Positions 29,080 through 44,105 of a DNA stretch of 64,000 nt are shown in pieces (position 1 is the first letter of the stretch; the number at the start of each line of letters is the position of its first letter). A program made the translations under genes and the position numbers. Location: the NCBI GenBank assembly GCA_964016885.1, contig OZ024751.1, forward strand, positions 26,846,001 to 26,910,000. Direction: 5' to 3'. The notes under the pieces were generated by a model. It had not been told where the DNA came from, did no database searches, and worked only from the letters and a program-made list of their open reading frames with translations. Source of the stretch: Eledone cirrhosa. Taxonomy: Eukaryota.

Positions 29080-29160
<81 letters not shown>

Positions 29161-29376
29161 CCTGGCATTGTTAAATACGCCGGGTCCGTCAACTTATTAT
29201 ATATATATATATGAAGAGTTAAGTCAGCAATAACTTCAATTGAGACAATATCGAAAGTTCTAAATTTGCTTTAATAAAAAAAAACTGGTATTTCATTCCA
29301 CAATTTATTGTTTTATCTTTCCATTGTATTGTATATTTTTTCTTTGTAATTTATTATGCGAACTTTAGTAGCAAGC

Positions 29377-29425
<49 letters not shown>

Positions 29426-29432
29426 GGGTGTA

Positions 29433-29509
<77 letters not shown>

Positions 29510-29945
29510 GTGTTTGTGCCTGTATGTGTGTATATGAAGTGTACGATATATCGTGTGTAGGATGTATGAAAGACTGAAATGACGGAAGGCATTCTTAAGT
29601 TTTAGTAGTATATCCTTTATGTCAGGCTGACGTTTGAGAAGAAAAGTTTGAAAATGCAGACGACAGCTAAATTTGATGGCGTTTAATGAAAGAATGTTTA
29701 GAAATATTCCAAAATGGAAGCTGAAATCAGGATATTGCTATTCTGATGTCATAGGAAATTTGGCAGTTAAATGAGGATGAAGTCTAAACATATTGACAAC
29801 ATATGATAGATTCATTATGACCTACTCCGTTGCTGTTTTTAATATTTGTATTTTAGTAAAAATAACATTTATTTAAAGTTGAATTCGCCTACACGACCCA
29901 AATTAAAAGCATCATTTACATTTAAACAATCAAGACTATATAAAG

Positions 29946-30005
<60 letters not shown>

Positions 30006-30104
30006 CTTTATATAGTCTTGATTGTTTAAATATATACATATGTCCCAAGGCTCTGATACCATCAACACTATAAACACAGAGCTGGCATATCTAAGAACTG
30101 ACTA

Positions 30105-30160
30105 ACTGCCTGATGAGGTCATAGCCATTCAATGGCTATCATCGAAATATATATAGCAGT
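30105..30160 (+). ncRNA. Type I hammerhead ribozyme
   Basis: actgc-CTGATGA-ggtcatagccat..atggctatcatc-GAAA-tatata-TA-gcagt; lies in a 30001-30206 insert between (TA)n tracts. Confidence 0.8.
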
Positions 30161-30201
30161 AAATAAAGGATTATGAGTGCATGCAATTGACTTATGTTTC
30201 G

Positions 30202-30281
<80 letters not shown>

Positions 30282-30342
30282 TATATGCATTATGCATGTA
30301 CGTATATATGTATGTATGCATGTATATATATATATATATATA

Positions 30343-31426
30343 CAGTGACGGACTTGGTCTAAAAATGTGGTTGCCAGGAGACAAAGAGGGGTCCACCCAC
30401 ATATAGTATGCTATAATTAAATTTTTATAATGAACAAATGACATTTTCAAAAAATATATAAGAGGAAACAAAACAGTGCAATTAAATTTAATTTTTGCAA
30501 AATTTTTTACTAATCAAAGTGTATAAATTAAAGTATATATATATATAAGTGTATATATATATAAAGTGTATATAATTAAAGTGTATATATACTGGCAGTA
30601 TAGAGTAATACTAAATGTTAGTACAGAATGTTATAATTGAATTTCTAAATAATTGTGAATGTATAGTATATTATTATTTAGAGTCACCGAGGTTAATTTT
30701 GCCTTTCATCCTTACGGGGTCGATAAAATAAAGTACCAGTAATGCACTGGGTAATTGCTGGCCTTGTGCCTATAGTAGAAACCATTATTTAGAGTAGAGT
30801 ATGCAAGTGATCGTTGTTACCTTCTCCAATAAAAAATATAAACTACCTTGCGAAATATACACATCTAGAGACTTTCAATAATGACCGTTGGTCTTTCACA
30901 CTCTCTCAATATATATATCTGGGAGTGTGTGTATGTGTATATATAGACATGTGTATATATAGACTTATATATATATGTACACACATTTTCAACTTGTACA
31001 AAACTTATTTGGTGACTCATTCTCCCCCAGGACTTTAGACTGAAGAACTGACCACTAATTGATTTTATATATGTCTTTAACCCATTGATATCAACAATTA
31101 TTTTGCCAGCAGCTCCTGTGTATGTGTCAGTATATATGCGTGTGTGTGTGTTCATCTATGCATGCATACATGAAGCTACAGTAAGCTACAGTTAGCACCA
31201 CCATATATTTCGGTTTCTATTAATTCCGTAGGGAATTGTTTGACCAAATACTTTGCTTATTTTTTTATTTATTTTTAAAAATTTGTTATATTTTCTCTAA
31301 GATTTTTTTTAAAGGTGTTTTTGAAAGCAAAGCATTGGCCCTAAAATATCACAGTGGGCCCCTGCACTGCTATTGTGGACCCTTGGGGCCCACTTGCCAT
31401 TAGGCAACCTGGCCAGTCCACCACTG
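30343..31426 (+). mobile_element. hAT-like MITE carrying an internal SINE
   Basis: TIRs cagtgacggact/agtccaccactg; SINE at 30685-30783 flanked by TSD attatttagagt. Confidence 0.65.
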
Positions 31427-31857
31427 TTTATATGGGTTTGTGAGTATTGATTTATTATTTTTTAGATCGTACAGGCAAACTATATGTATTTGAATTAAGA
31501 TATTTCATTCTAACTATTTTATTAGTCAATTGCAACTAAAACATGTAAATGTTTATCATATATTAATTTATATATATATGTATGTATGTATATATATATA
31601 TGTATGTATGTATATATGTATGTAAGTATGTTTTAGTCAAGTTATAATGAAATGTTGACTACGTGATAGTTTCACCATTTTTATCAAGGATATTTCGTAT
31701 TTTCTAATGAGGTCTTTGCTGTTTGGAACAGGAAAATACCTAAATTTAGGAACTTCACTTTCCCAGACTTCTAGTACCTCATACGATGGTATGGAGAAAA
31801 TCAAATGATAAAAATGGTAACATTAGAAAACAGACGTGTTTCCAATATATCATATAT

Positions 31858-31946
<89 letters not shown>

Positions 31947-32070
31947 CTGATCCGTCGAAATTTTTTTTCTGTTTCTCCGAGCGTCAAATAATGTTAATTT
32001 TATCGTTACCTTTTTCTATGTCCACTTTCTCTCACTCTCTCTCTTTCTCCCTCTTTCTCCCTATCTTCCC

Positions 32071-32106
<36 letters not shown>

Positions 32107-32185
32107 GTGTGTGCCTGTGTGTGTGTGTGTGTGTGTGTGTATGCGTATATATTCAGATGTGCTGTGCCACAGGAGTTCAACAGAC

Positions 32186-32281
32186 CTTCGCGCCAACACC
32201 ACTGCAAGCGGTATCACTTCGAAAATACAAATCTTGGCAAGTCTCCATTTCCAGGGCGCCATCTAAATAAAAATGTTTACC
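32186..32281 (-). CDS. Candidate 96-bp exon of an unidentified host gene
   Basis: Acceptor ttcacttttgacag, donor AAG|gtctgt; GKHFYLDGALEMETCQDLYFRSDTACSGVGAK. Confidence 0.3.
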
Positions 32282-32461
32282 CTGTCAAAAGTGAAATTGT
32301 TTTCCTTAAAAAAAAAATTAATGTGTTTTCCTTGGCGAAAACAGAGAGATTAATTTATTTCTATTTCTTATAGAAATGGAGAAAGGAATATCGTTAAATA
32401 TTTGTTTAAATACATCATTATTTATTACAAATGCTGAACGAATTTTTTAACTTTAAATAAT

Positions 32462-32610
32462 AGGCGCAGACATGACTGCACACTTAATGAGTTGACGCCC
32501 TAACCCCTTGGTACCAGTTTCAGTCTCACTGCGTGTAAACATGGCTGTCTTCCATTTATACCTTTGGGTTGACCAATGTCAGGTGGAATTTGGTAAATGA
32601 AAACTGCAGA
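32462..32610 (+). mobile_element. Octopus-type tRNA-derived SINE (diverged)
   Basis: ggcgcagacatgactg..ttcagtctcactgcgtg..gaccaa..ggaatttggtaaatgaaaactgcagaagcc.gtcgtata followed by a microsatellite tail; recognised from memory only. Confidence 0.55.
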
Positions 32611-32622
32611 AGCCAGTCGTAT

Positions 32623-32664
<42 letters not shown>

Positions 32665-32675
32665 ACACATACACA

Positions 32676-32777
<102 letters not shown>

Positions 32778-33547
32778 ATGGTAAATCGAAGTTTAGCTGC
32801 AGTATAGCAAGGTACTATTCGATTTGTTTGAGGCAATCACAGAGCACTCAATCGATCGAAAGTTAAAAACAAACACTAAGTTCAGAGTTAACACAGTATT
32901 TACAGCAATTATGCCAGTGTATTACTGGTACTTTATTTTATTGACCCTGTATATATATAGCTATACTTGGGGAGGGTCAAATTGTAATAATATTGCCAGA
33001 AATAATAACAGAACACACTCACTGTTTGGCTGGTTTTCGCTTCTATATCTTTTATATCTCCACAGTTAATTCATTCAGTCCTCAATGTTTATCATTGACT
33101 GACCAACGGTCAAAAATACAGATATAATACAGATATAAACACATATATATAGTCTAACAAATTTCTTTCGTTGCACATCTGCAACATTATTCGTGGTACT
33201 ATTATGTTCCTCCTGTTGTATTGCATGTCTACGCCAAGCTTTCCCCCAGCAAGGAAAAAAACCCCAGTTGATGGATGTGAATCCGAAATATATAGGGACA
33301 ATTAAATCTCTCCCAAGGTAACTCTCTCTCGTGTTATTATTTTTATTTTATCCTTTATACTCTTTCCTTCATTTCTCTACACGTCTTATACACACCACGC
33401 ATCTCAACGTACACCCACTTACATCTCTCTCTCCACCACCAGATCTTGTTACCCGGAGATTTACCCATTTGCATTGTCGAGGCTTCCAAACGACTTAAAT
33501 ATATTTACCTATTATTCCACAATGCTTCAAGCAAACTTCAATACTCT

Positions 33548-33599
<52 letters not shown>

Positions 33600-33717
33600 T
33601 TCTATTAAGGCTAAATAATGAGACTTCACACAGTTTAGATTTAATAAAATAAATATTTAAACTACTTCTGTATTGAGTATTCTTTTCTCTCGGTCGTCAA
33701 CTACATACGAATATATA

Positions 33718-33761
<44 letters not shown>

Positions 33762-33862
33762 CACACACACATATATATATATATATATGTGTGTGTATAT
33801 GTTTTATATATATATATATATATGTTTTATATATATATTATATATATACGTATATATTTATA

Positions 33863-33971
<109 letters not shown>

Positions 33972-34027
33972 ATATGTTTTATATATATATATATATATAT
34001 GTTTTATATATATATTATATATATACG

Positions 34028-34107
<80 letters not shown>

Positions 34108-34297
34108 GATATATATGTGTATATATATATATATATATAAATATATGTATATATATTGGAATGCTTGCTACTAGCTTCCATCACGAATATACCCTTCATA
34201 CTGTTTGTAATATGTTGACACTTTCCATTTATTATTTCACTGTATAGACTTAATGTCATACATACAAATATTTCATGTTTCAACGTTTGTATATGTA

Positions 34298-34357
<60 letters not shown>

Positions 34358-34380
34358 TATATATATACATATATATATAC

Positions 34381-34435
<55 letters not shown>

Positions 34436-34436
34436 A

Positions 34437-34469
<33 letters not shown>

Positions 34470-34479
34470 CATATATATT

Positions 34480-34573
<94 letters not shown>

Positions 34574-34599
34574 AATAGACCCACATGTGTATATATTTT

Positions 34600-34733
<134 letters not shown>

Positions 34734-34814
34734 ATATATCCAGAGATTGAAAGAAAGTGAAATTGAAAGAAAGTGTATATTTCTGTGTAGGTTTATATAT
34801 TATTATATAACACA

Positions 34815-34970
34815 AGAGCGGTGGATTGGCAGTATCGGTGGAGGGTCGGACGCCATGGTTTCCAGCATAGTTACGAGGTTGACTTTGCCTTTCATCCTTA
34901 CGGGGGTCGATAAATTAAAGTACCAGTAATGCACTGGGTAATTGCTGGCCTTGTGCCAAAAGTAGAAACA
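34815..34970 (+). mobile_element. SINE with TSD
   Basis: Same family as 402-556; flanked by attatataaca direct repeats. Confidence 0.8.
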
Positions 34971-35279
34971 ATTATATAACATAACCAAATATCCCATTTG
35001 CGGGACTGGAAACCATTTAAAGCCCACATGGTCTGTGAGAGCTTCCTAAATATTGCAGCCGTGGGCCCAGCAGGTTTCTGTTGTGTTATAAGGGTGTAGA
35101 CACTTATAAAGACACCCCTCGCTGTGTAGAAAGGTAGAAGATGCTATTCGGATCCAACTTGGAGAAGAAAACATTCAGATAAGACAATATTGTTGAAAAC
35201 ATCTTACGACACTTCATTTTTTTTCTTGCTACCAAAATATAGCTGGCACCGTCACACACACTCACTCTCGCTCACAGAC

Positions 35280-35324
<45 letters not shown>

Positions 35325-35325
35325 G

Positions 35326-35371
<46 letters not shown>

Positions 35372-35479
35372 CACACACATATATATATATATACACACAC
35401 ATAGTTACATTTACATACACATACATATATATATATACGTAGGTACATATACATACATATGCACATATATATGTGTGTG

Positions 35480-35538
<59 letters not shown>

Positions 35539-36599
35539 ATGTATGTATATATAAACAGAGATGTCATCAGTACATTATCGTCTGTATATTTACATATACA
35601 GAGTATATAAGAATGTAAACATACAATATTAGAATATATTTATGTCGACGATATTTATATTTTTCACAAAGTTATTCGTTTATATATAAATATATATAAA
35701 TAAATATATATATATATATTTATTTATTTATATATATATATTTATATATATATATTTATATATATATATATAAATAAATATATATATATATATTTATATA
35801 CTAGTTTCAAGCTTATTAGCTATCGTATACGTACATACATATATGTATGTACGTATACATACTTATATATAAATATATATATATATATTCATTCCTTTGT
35901 CAGTGTTGAACAAATGAGCAACGATGGTTGCTAGACACTGTACGGCTTAATTCGGGATGTTTGTTTACAAACACACCGAGCATTATAACAAATGTTTGGT
36001 GAATCCATACGTACCGGCCGGATCTCAGCCGTTGGGGTCCCGAATCTTTTCATGTTACCCACTCTACTACCCCAAGTATTGAGTACTCTGGTGGGTTATG
36101 GTCCACCTGGTATCCACCTTGTTATATATATGTCCTTACAAACCTACATACATAAATATGTGTGTAGTAAATGACATATGACACGTATCTAAGTCTATGG
36201 AGGTGAGGTGTATTGACTAAAGTGATTAGTTTCTCCTCTCCGTGTATTGTTTTACTTTCTATAGTCTACCTGTATAATGTTACATGTTTCGTGTGTAACA
36301 ACTGACCTGTATATGCTGGCTGGCCAGATTAATTATTCTCACACACACACACACATACACACACACTAACACACACACTAACACACACACACACACATAC
36401 ACTAACACACACTAACACACACACACACTAACACACACACACACACACACACACTAACACACACACACATACACTAACACACACTAACACACACACACAC
36501 TAACACACACACACACACACACACACACTAACACACACACGCGCGCGCGCGCGCACGCACACATATATATATATACATATACACACACACGCACATATA

Positions 36600-36647
<48 letters not shown>

Positions 36648-36679
36648 TAGATATAGATATAGATATAGATATATAGATA

Positions 36680-36722
<43 letters not shown>

Positions 36723-36944
36723 ATATATAAAGATGGTGTTCCAGAACGTAATTTTGTGTGGTTCACCTATATTATCTCGTATATGTAGTATATTGAGTAT
36801 ATATACCCTATATATACATTGACTGAACACTTTGTTTTGTCTTGTTTATTTTTACAATATGATGTGGTCTATATAAGTTATTCCCCAAATGGGATTGTGT
36901 TTCATCTCCCCTCTCCCTCTTTGTGTATATATATATGGCTTTGT

Positions 36945-37009
<65 letters not shown>

Positions 37010-37349
37010 GTATTTCTGTAGAAAAGGTAAAGGAAAGAAGAGTGCTCAATATATAGTACAGAGCTATGTAATTACATAATAAACAACACAATATAATTAT
37101 TCCATTACCAAAGGTTTCAGGAAACTAGACGACCTAAACAGAAACGCCCAGTACGCTCTTCAGATGAAATATTTATGTTATGGATGAGCGTACTAGACAT
37201 TTCTGTTAAGATCGTCTAATTTCATGAAACCTTAAGTAATGGAATAATTATATTGTGTTGTTTATTATATAATTGTATATATATATATATATATACATAT
37301 ATATATTATTTAGTTGATAAAACAGTCTATTGTCTATTATATATATATA

Positions 37350-37906
37350 CTAGCCGAATTACCCGCGCCTTGCTGCGTTTCACATATATTTTTCTTTTTT
37401 GTAAGAAAATGATGATTGATTTTAAATCAGTGATATTTATGGAGAAACACTCTGCATTTCAATATTACTCAATGTCAAATGTAATGCATGAAAAATTGGA
37501 AAACATTAATTTTTGTAATATGTCAAATCAAAATTACATTATTAAATCTTATTCTTATTTTGTTTCTTGTAAATATTTTTTTTTAAAATATCTATTCAAA
37601 ACTTTTGTGAATAGGCATCATATCTTGTCATTTACCTATTGTTTAAATTTCATATGAATCGAAGGGAAAACATTGTCAGCGGGGCTTTGTGCCCCTTCCC
37701 CTCCCCGAGAACCCTAATAGGGGATTTAACCCCCATTAGGGTGTCTTATTTTGTGAATGGGCATTATATCTTGTCATTTACCTATAGTTTACATTTTCAG
37801 CGGAGGTTTTGTGCCCCTGGGGAACCCTTTGATTAAAATGAAATATACAAGTACCGTAAACAAACACACAAACAAACAAATTGGAATACAACTTTATATA
37901 TATAGA
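37350..37906 (-). mobile_element. Non-autonomous Helitron, followed by a partial duplication to about 38095
   Basis: Minus strand starts TCTATATATATAAAG and ends cgcagcaaggcgcgggtaattcggCTAG|t. Confidence 0.7.
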
Positions 37907-38124
37907 TTTGCATATGGTTTAAATTTCATATAAATCGAAGGGAAAACATTTTCAGCGGGGGTTTGTGCCCCCGAGGAACCCTTTGATTAAAATGAAATAT
38001 ACTTATCCAAGTACCTTGGGCAATGTAGTTTCAGAATATATATGGTTATGGGGGTATATCTCCAAAACCATAGGAGGAGTTCCTGAACAAACAAATAGAA
38101 CTCATAATATTAAGTTCTTGTCTG

Positions 38125-38242
38125 GATATGTCACTATCTGTAAACCAATTTTTGTATTTTATCTGATGAGAGCGTACTAACATTTTGGTACCCTTGAAAT
38201 ATATATAATAAATATGGGTTTACAAAGATAGCTTCCATTTAA

Positions 38243-38250
<8 letters not shown>
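38125..38250 (+). mobile_element. Solo PLE pLTR fragment with HHR, same family as 18106
   Basis: gatatgtcactatc..tttat-CTGATGA-gagcgtact..ggtaccctt-GAAA-tatata-TA-ataaa; ends in (TA)n. Confidence 0.75.
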
Positions 38251-38313
<63 letters not shown>

Positions 38314-38467
38314 CATATGTGTGTTGAAACATTTTTTCTGCATGTTCATATAAAAATGTTGGGATTATTTACTGGATAACTTATATTTACTTGATATCCA
38401 GAGATTTGCTCAATAATCACTGGATATAGAGCTATCACCTATGTAAAATATATATACTATGACTTAC

Positions 38468-38533
38468 TCGTTGTTGTAAATCTCTGATCGTACATGAAGT
38501 AAGGAAATATCACCAACAGTCAGGGAGGGCTGT
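38468..38533 (-). CDS. Candidate 66-bp internal exon of an unidentified host gene
   Basis: Strong acceptor tttctgtatttcttcag and donor GA|gtaagt; a single open frame QPSLTVGDISLLHVRSEIYNN. Confidence 0.35.
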
Positions 38534-38817
38534 CTGAAGAAATACAGAAATCACAATAGATATAGAATATTTTCTCCAAACTGATAAGAAAATTAAGTAA
38601 AACCCACTCAGATAACATTTTAGTTTAGGGAGAAAAGACCGCGCCCATGATTTCTAAGAGGGTCCCTAAGACCTGCAAGTTAAAATAGAGACCGAGTCAT
38701 CATCTGACTGAGAATCTGACCTGAATGTTGTCAACAGCATCAGCTGTTAACCATCCAGTTACATTAATGATTTAACTTGTCATTGACATGATAAACGGGA
38801 TAAATGGTGATCTTTTA

Positions 38818-39750
38818 CCCTGTCGTTACCATATTTCTAATGTAAGACATTGTCTATGCCATTAACCCTTTCATTACCATATTTCTAATGTAAGATATTG
38901 TCTATGTCATTAACCCTTTCATTACCATATTTCCAATGAAAGACATTGTCTATGTCATTAACCCTTTCATTACCATATTTCTAATGAAAGACACTGTCTA
39001 TGTCATTAACCCTTTCATTTCCATATTTCTAATGAAAGACACTGTCTATGTCATTAACCCTTTCATTACCATATTTCTAATGAAAGATACTGTCTATGTC
39101 ATTAACCCTTTCATTACCATATATCTAATGAAAGATACTACCTATGTCATTAACCCTTTCATTACCATATTTCTAATGAAAGACACTGTCTATGTCATTA
39201 ACCCTTTCATTACCATATATCTAATGTAAGACACTGTCTATGTCATTAACCCTTTCATTACCATATTTCTAATGTAAGACATTGTCTATGTCATTAACCC
39301 TTTCATTACTATATTTCTAATGAAATACACTGTCTATGTCATTAACCCTTTCATTACTATATTTCTAATGAAATACACTGTCTATGTCATTAACCCTTTC
39401 ATTTCCATATTTCTAATGTAAGACACTGTCTATGTCATTAACCCTTTCATTACCATATTTCTAATGTAAGACATTGTCTATGTCATTAACCCTTTCATTA
39501 CTATATTTCTAATGAAATACACTGTCTATGTCATTAACCCTTTCATTACCATATTTCTAATGAAAGACACTGTCTATGTCATTAACCCTTTCATTACCAT
39601 ATTTCTAATGTAAGACACTGTCTATGTCATTAACCCTTTCATTACCATATTTCTAATGTAAGACACTGTCTATGTCATTAACCTTTTCATTACTATATTT
39701 CTAATGAAAGACACAGTCTATGTCATTAACCCTTTCATTTCCATATTTCT
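38818..39750. repeat. 48-bp minisatellite
   Basis: Unit aagacactgtctatgtcattaaccctttcattaccatatttctaatg(t/a); explains the MKDTVYVINPFITIFL ORFs. Confidence 0.95.
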
Positions 39751-40364
39751 ACCACACCACCACACCAAACAACCACACCACACCACCACACCACCAGACC
39801 ACCACACCACCACATCCCCACCACCACCACACCACCACACCACCACACCACAACTATCATCACCACTCCCAACGCCATCGCATCTACACCAGTTCCACTC
39901 ATCGCCATCTCATCCACCTCCACTCACACCCAGCTCCCCTCCACTATACAACCCCCCCTCACACCACCACCACCACCCAGCCACCCACTCAAACAATTAT
40001 TCTAAACTTGTGGAAACATCTGGAAGTAATGATAGAAGATTTGGTGACTTCGGTGAGGAGAGTGTATTGTTTATGTATGTGTAGGGAGGGGGTAGTGGGT
40101 TAGGGGGGTAGTGAGGGTGGGGGTAGTGGGGTGGGGGTGGGGTGGAGAGGATATTGGGAGATGGTAGTGGAAGTGGAGGGGAGGGGATGTGTGGTGTGCG
40201 TGTGTGTGGGGGGGGGGGGGGGGGCAATTGGGTAGAGTGGGGGTGAGGCGGGACGTGTGGAGGGTGATGGGGTTACACACGAGAGAGGGAGAGAGTGTTA
40301 GGAGAGAGAGAGAGGAACTTATACGGATATGTTTTATAGAATGTTCTGCAGTATTCCAGCTCTC

Positions 40365-40656
40365 TGTACTCTGAGTTCAAATCTCACCGAAGTCAACTTT
40401 ACCATTCATCCTGTCGAGGACGATAAATAAAGTACCAGTCTAGTACTGGGGTCGATTCTTCCTCTGTATCTTTCTCCCTCTCTTTCTCTATCTTTCTCCC
40501 CCCTCCTCTCTCTCTCTCTCTCTCTCTTCCTTCGCTGGAAAACATCAGATGTGTTCAGATCTGAAGAAAGGAGGGCTCTATCGGGGTTAAAAACCCCAGA
40601 CACACAGCGTCACTACGGCGCCCCTGTGGCTCCATCAGGCATTACGGGTTCATATA
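40365..40656 (+). mobile_element. SINE with (CT)n linker and 3' extension; related copy at 60340-60650
   Basis: SINE core, then (CT)n, then a shared block ending tacggcgc..atcagg..tta.ggg.tca in both copies. Confidence 0.55.
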
Positions 40657-40661
40657 CACAG

Positions 40662-40704
<43 letters not shown>

Positions 40705-42360
40705 AATTACATATTAAATTTAAGTGAAGAAAACTCTATTTATGGGAGAATAAACCAGGCAGACCCCAAAAGATGTTAGTCTTACTTACCATATCTCCCT
40801 ACCATGATTTCGTTCTGGTTCTCTGATTGATATCTTATCTATATATTTTATCCATTCATTGAGATGTTTAAGTATTAGAGACTAATTTAATATTTGATTA
40901 TTTGTGAGCTGCTCCTGATTCGTTGAACTGTCAAATGGTCTAATGGTTGTTATTTCTAGCGGTATTATAAACCTGTCAAGTAGTCCTAATATTAAGAGGC
41001 TTATTATTCCTGTAACGGTTCAATTACTGGCAACCGGTATATAGGTTGACATGATAAATATGGCTTCGAAATTAAGGAATACTTCCCTGATGAGTTCATG
41101 AATTCTTCTAATATTGGCACAGAAGTAAAGAGATCAGAGACAATAAAATCAATTACTGATCTCTGTCCCTGATTCTCCCTATACCATGCATATTTATGAA
41201 AGAATTTATGAAAGAATTTACTATTTCCGATCTTTTGTTAAACATTGCAAACTACTGTAATAGATAGAATATTATATTTCTCAGAGAGATAGAGATCTCC
41301 TTTTCTGGAACCTTTAATGTAACGACTGCGTGTTATGGAATGGAGCAAGTATTTTATGATTGCTAATATCATCATCCTTTAAGTTCCAGATATATTTGGA
41401 TAGTGAAATGGTAACGCGTCTTTTGGAATGTTTCAATATTGCAAGAAGATTCATTTAAAGAAATTTTCAATAAGGTTTACATAGCTATTCATTTTACTCA
41501 ATAAACGAATATTTTGGAAAGACAGATGCCGTTGCGAGAGTATTCTGGTGATCTGTACTTCGCCTTATACTAAAGATCTTATTGTATATGTGGGCTTGAG
41601 ACACATCTCAGAAACTAACTATAATCACATTCATATCTAATGTGATCTTGAAATATAATTCTTGTAATATGTTGTTGACATTTTTATTATTAATAATTCG
41701 AAGTTTAAAAGCCACGACAATGTTAAATGGACGAATAAGTCGTGTGAAACAAGTGTTTTTACCTTAATTTATTTTTATGTTGTCATATTTCGAGATTAAA
41801 ATCTCTTTTTCCGAGGAAAATTAAAGGGACTAACCCACGGTCCGATGCAGCGTGCTATATACCATGCTGGCGGAAGTAGTTTTATTATTACTTTTTTTTT
41901 CAACATCTTTTGTTTTAAAAATTAAAGATCTAGACAGGTCAAGGGGCGCATGCTTCAAGTAAACTACAAATTCCTCCTATTTTTATTATTGTTGAACTAT
42001 TCGTACTTCGCAAATTAAATAGTTAATCATCACCGTAAAGACCGAACTTTGCCGAAGTAATGAATTCACAAACCTCATCTCCATCGTACGACTCCATGGC
42101 TACCTAAAACAAATCCTGCTCCCTACATTTAACTTAAAACGAATTATTATAGTAAAATAGTAAAGATTTCCAAGCGTGTATAATAATATTAATGTTTGAA
42201 TCTCTAATTGGAATAAACCTCGTTTCCAGCTGTCGAAACCCATTTGCTTTAACCACGGGATCTATTTTCACAGCGGGAATATATAAATATGCGTGTGTGT
42301 GCACTCACGCGGGTGTATGTGTTTGTCTGTGTGTGTGTATATATATATTTCTACGGAAAT

Positions 42361-42426
<66 letters not shown>

Positions 42427-42982
42427 TATATATATAATATAACCACTTTCAAGCTGAATTAAGGTGAACAGTCTACGAAGACATTAAAGAGAAGAGAGCA
42501 TTGTTCACTCCTATTTAACCAGCTGGGGACTTGTGTGTTTCAGTAATGTACTTAGTTTTGTGCTAATTTAATTTATGTATAAATGGCAGTTAGGGGTAGG
42601 CCTGCGGTGGACTAATGTGCAGTTCAGGGTGGAGGGGTCAGGGAAGAGTTTTGCACTTTCATTTCTTTAACGTCCATGAAACCGGGATAAGCCCTGGTCT
42701 TCGTCCAAACCGGGAAATCATGGGGAAACGGGGATTAAACCCTAACCTTAACCCTAACCCTAACAATAAGTTTCTTAACAATCCTGGCTGTATCATTGGA
42801 ACCTCATGTGAAGACAATTTAACCCCATCCAGTCCCTATCCATTCAGTCACGACAGGGTTCTGGGGGTTTCTTAGTTAACAGTTATTTAATAAACATTAA
42901 CCTAATTATATATACGTGGGTAGACTTCCTCACACAGCGAAAGTCGTTTGAAAGCACACGGGTAACGACAGGGTGGAGCCGT

Positions 42983-44105
42983 GTGTCTGGGAGTATAGGG
43001 GGTTCTGATTATGGTAGACTGGGGTGGTGTGGTGGCACTGGGTGTATAAGGGGTTCTGATTATGGTAGACTGGGGTGGTGTGGTGGCACTGGGTGTATAG
43101 GGGGTTCTGATTATGGTAGACTGGGGTGGTGTGGTGGCGCTGGGTGTATAAGGGGTTCTGATTATGGTAGACTGGGGTGGTGTGGTGGCACTGGGTGTAT
43201 AAGGGGTTCTGATTATGGTAGACTGGGGTGGTGTGGTGGCGCTGGGTGTATAAGGGGTTCTGATTATGGTAGACTGGGGTGGTGTGGTGGCACTGGGTGT
43301 ATAGGGGGTTCTGATTATGGTAGACTGGGGTGGTGTGGTGGCACTGGGTGTATAGGGGGTTCTGATTATGGTAGACTGGGGTGGTGTGGTGGCGCTGGGT
43401 GTATAAGGGGTTCTGATTATGGTAGACTGGGGTGGTGTGGTGGCGCTGGGTGTATAAGGGGTTCTGATTATGGTAGACTGGGGTGGTGTGGTGGCGCTGG
43501 GTGTATAAGGGGTTCTGATTATGGTAGACTGGGGTGGTGTGGTGGCACTGGGTGTATAGGGGGTTCTGATTATGGTAGACTGGGGTGGTGTGGTGGCACT
43601 GGGTGTATAGGGGGTTCTGATTATGGTAGACTGGGGTGGTGTGGTGGCACTGGGTGTATAAGGGGTTCTGATTATGGTAGACTGGGGTGGTGTGGTGGGG
43701 CTGGGTGTATAGGGGGTTCTGATTATGGTAGACTGGGGTGGTGTGGTGGCACTGGGTGTATAGGGGGTTCTGATTATGGTAGACTGGGGTGGTGTGGTGG
43801 CACTGGGTGTATAGGGGGTTCTGATTATGGTAGACTGGGGTGGTGTGGTGGCACTGGGTGTATAGGGGGTTCTGATTATGGTAGACTGGGGTGGTGTGGT
43901 GGTACTGGGTGTATAGGGGGTTCTGATTATGGTAGACTGGGGTGGTGTGGTGGGGCTGGGTGTATAAGGGGTTCTGATTATGGTAGACTGGGGTGGTGTG
44001 GTGGCGCTGGGTGTATAGGGGGTTCTGATTATGGTAGACTGGGGTGGTGTGGTGGGGCTGGGTGTATAGGGGGTTCTGATTATGGTAGACTGGAGTGGTG
44101 TGGTG
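42983..44105. repeat. 51-bp G-rich minisatellite, about 22 copies
   Basis: Unit ctgggtgtatagggggttctgattatggtagactggggtggtgtggtggca; 17-aa periodic ORFs; merges into (GGT)n to about 44750. Confidence 0.95.

Noticed and set aside
42736-42764. Telomere-like (TAACCC) repeats
   Set aside because: Only about 4 imperfect copies; common inside transposon relics and no evidence of a chromosome end or fusion
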